This document shows positions 63,813 through 64,000 of a stretch of 64,000 nucleotides of DNA, in pieces. Numbering within the stretch: position 1 is the stretch's first letter; every line of letters starts with the position of its first letter. The notes beneath the pieces are model-generated. The model searched no databases. It saw nothing but the letters and a program-made list of their open reading frames with translations, and had not been told where the DNA came from. The position numbers were made by a program, and so were the translations under genes. Source of the stretch: an uncultured Brevundimonas sp. (lineage in GTDB: Bacteria > Pseudomonadota > Alphaproteobacteria > Caulobacterales > Caulobacteraceae); assembly GCA_963522565.1 (NCBI GenBank), contig CAUQZC010000011.1, positions 19,764 to 83,763 of the forward strand, read 5' to 3'.

Positions 63813-64000
63813 TCAATCCGGACTGTTCTGGCGCGACATCGCCACGCGGCCCAACCGGGCCAGCGCGGCCTTGAGTTCGTCGGGGGCGGAGGCGATGGAG
63901 GCGGCGAGGTCGGCCTCTGCGGCGGCGGACAGGGGCGGGGGCTTCGGGGCGCGTTTGGGGCGTTCGACGGCCTTGACCGGCGGTTTGACCGGCCCCTGGG
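63813..64000 (-). CDS. DUF721/DciA-like protein, C-terminal part (truncated by window)
   Basis: QGPVKPP...ELKAALARLG; usual position upstream of dsbA-smc. Confidence 0.65.
   Translation of the reverse strand, partial: QGPVKPPVKAVERPKRAPKPPPLSAAAEADLAASIASAPDELKAALARLGRVAMSRQNSPD

Overview
High-GC (~68-70%) chromosomal core-genome window from an alphaproteobacterium, most likely Caulobacteraceae/Brevundimonas (inferred from gene order: tkt/zauP-zapA-6S-ygfA, purC/DUF1476, etfQO-TPR-ispE-glyQS-ppdK, DUF721-dsbA-smc). It is mostly housekeeping: a dispersed purine cluster (purT, purL, purQ, purS, purC, purU, purB), cstA, tkt, glyQS, ppdK and smc. Accessory genes include a VapBC-type TA pair, a P450 with a GT4, an orphan kpsC, a GH18-deacetylase-GT2 fusion, and a TonB receptor opposite a 5'-nucleotidase. 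No prophage, CRISPR array, tRNA/rRNA or transposase was seen. The most unusual signals are non-standard. (1) The essential glyS gene carries a ~290-bp in-frame low-GC segment and is followed by a displaced second allele of its own 3' end that differs only at third codon positions, suggesting cassette-like allele swapping. (2) A ~195-bp nested MITE/REP element occurs 7 times, each copy abutting a TAG stop codon; in one case it splits a shared convergent CTAG stop. (3) There is a candidate sigmaT-driven, GsrN-like sRNA with twin UUUCCCCC loops, plus small acidic proteins behind sigmaT-type promoters. A 6S RNA, a guanidine-II riboswitch and CIR-like GANTC palindromes are also present. All calls were made by eye; no database searches were run.
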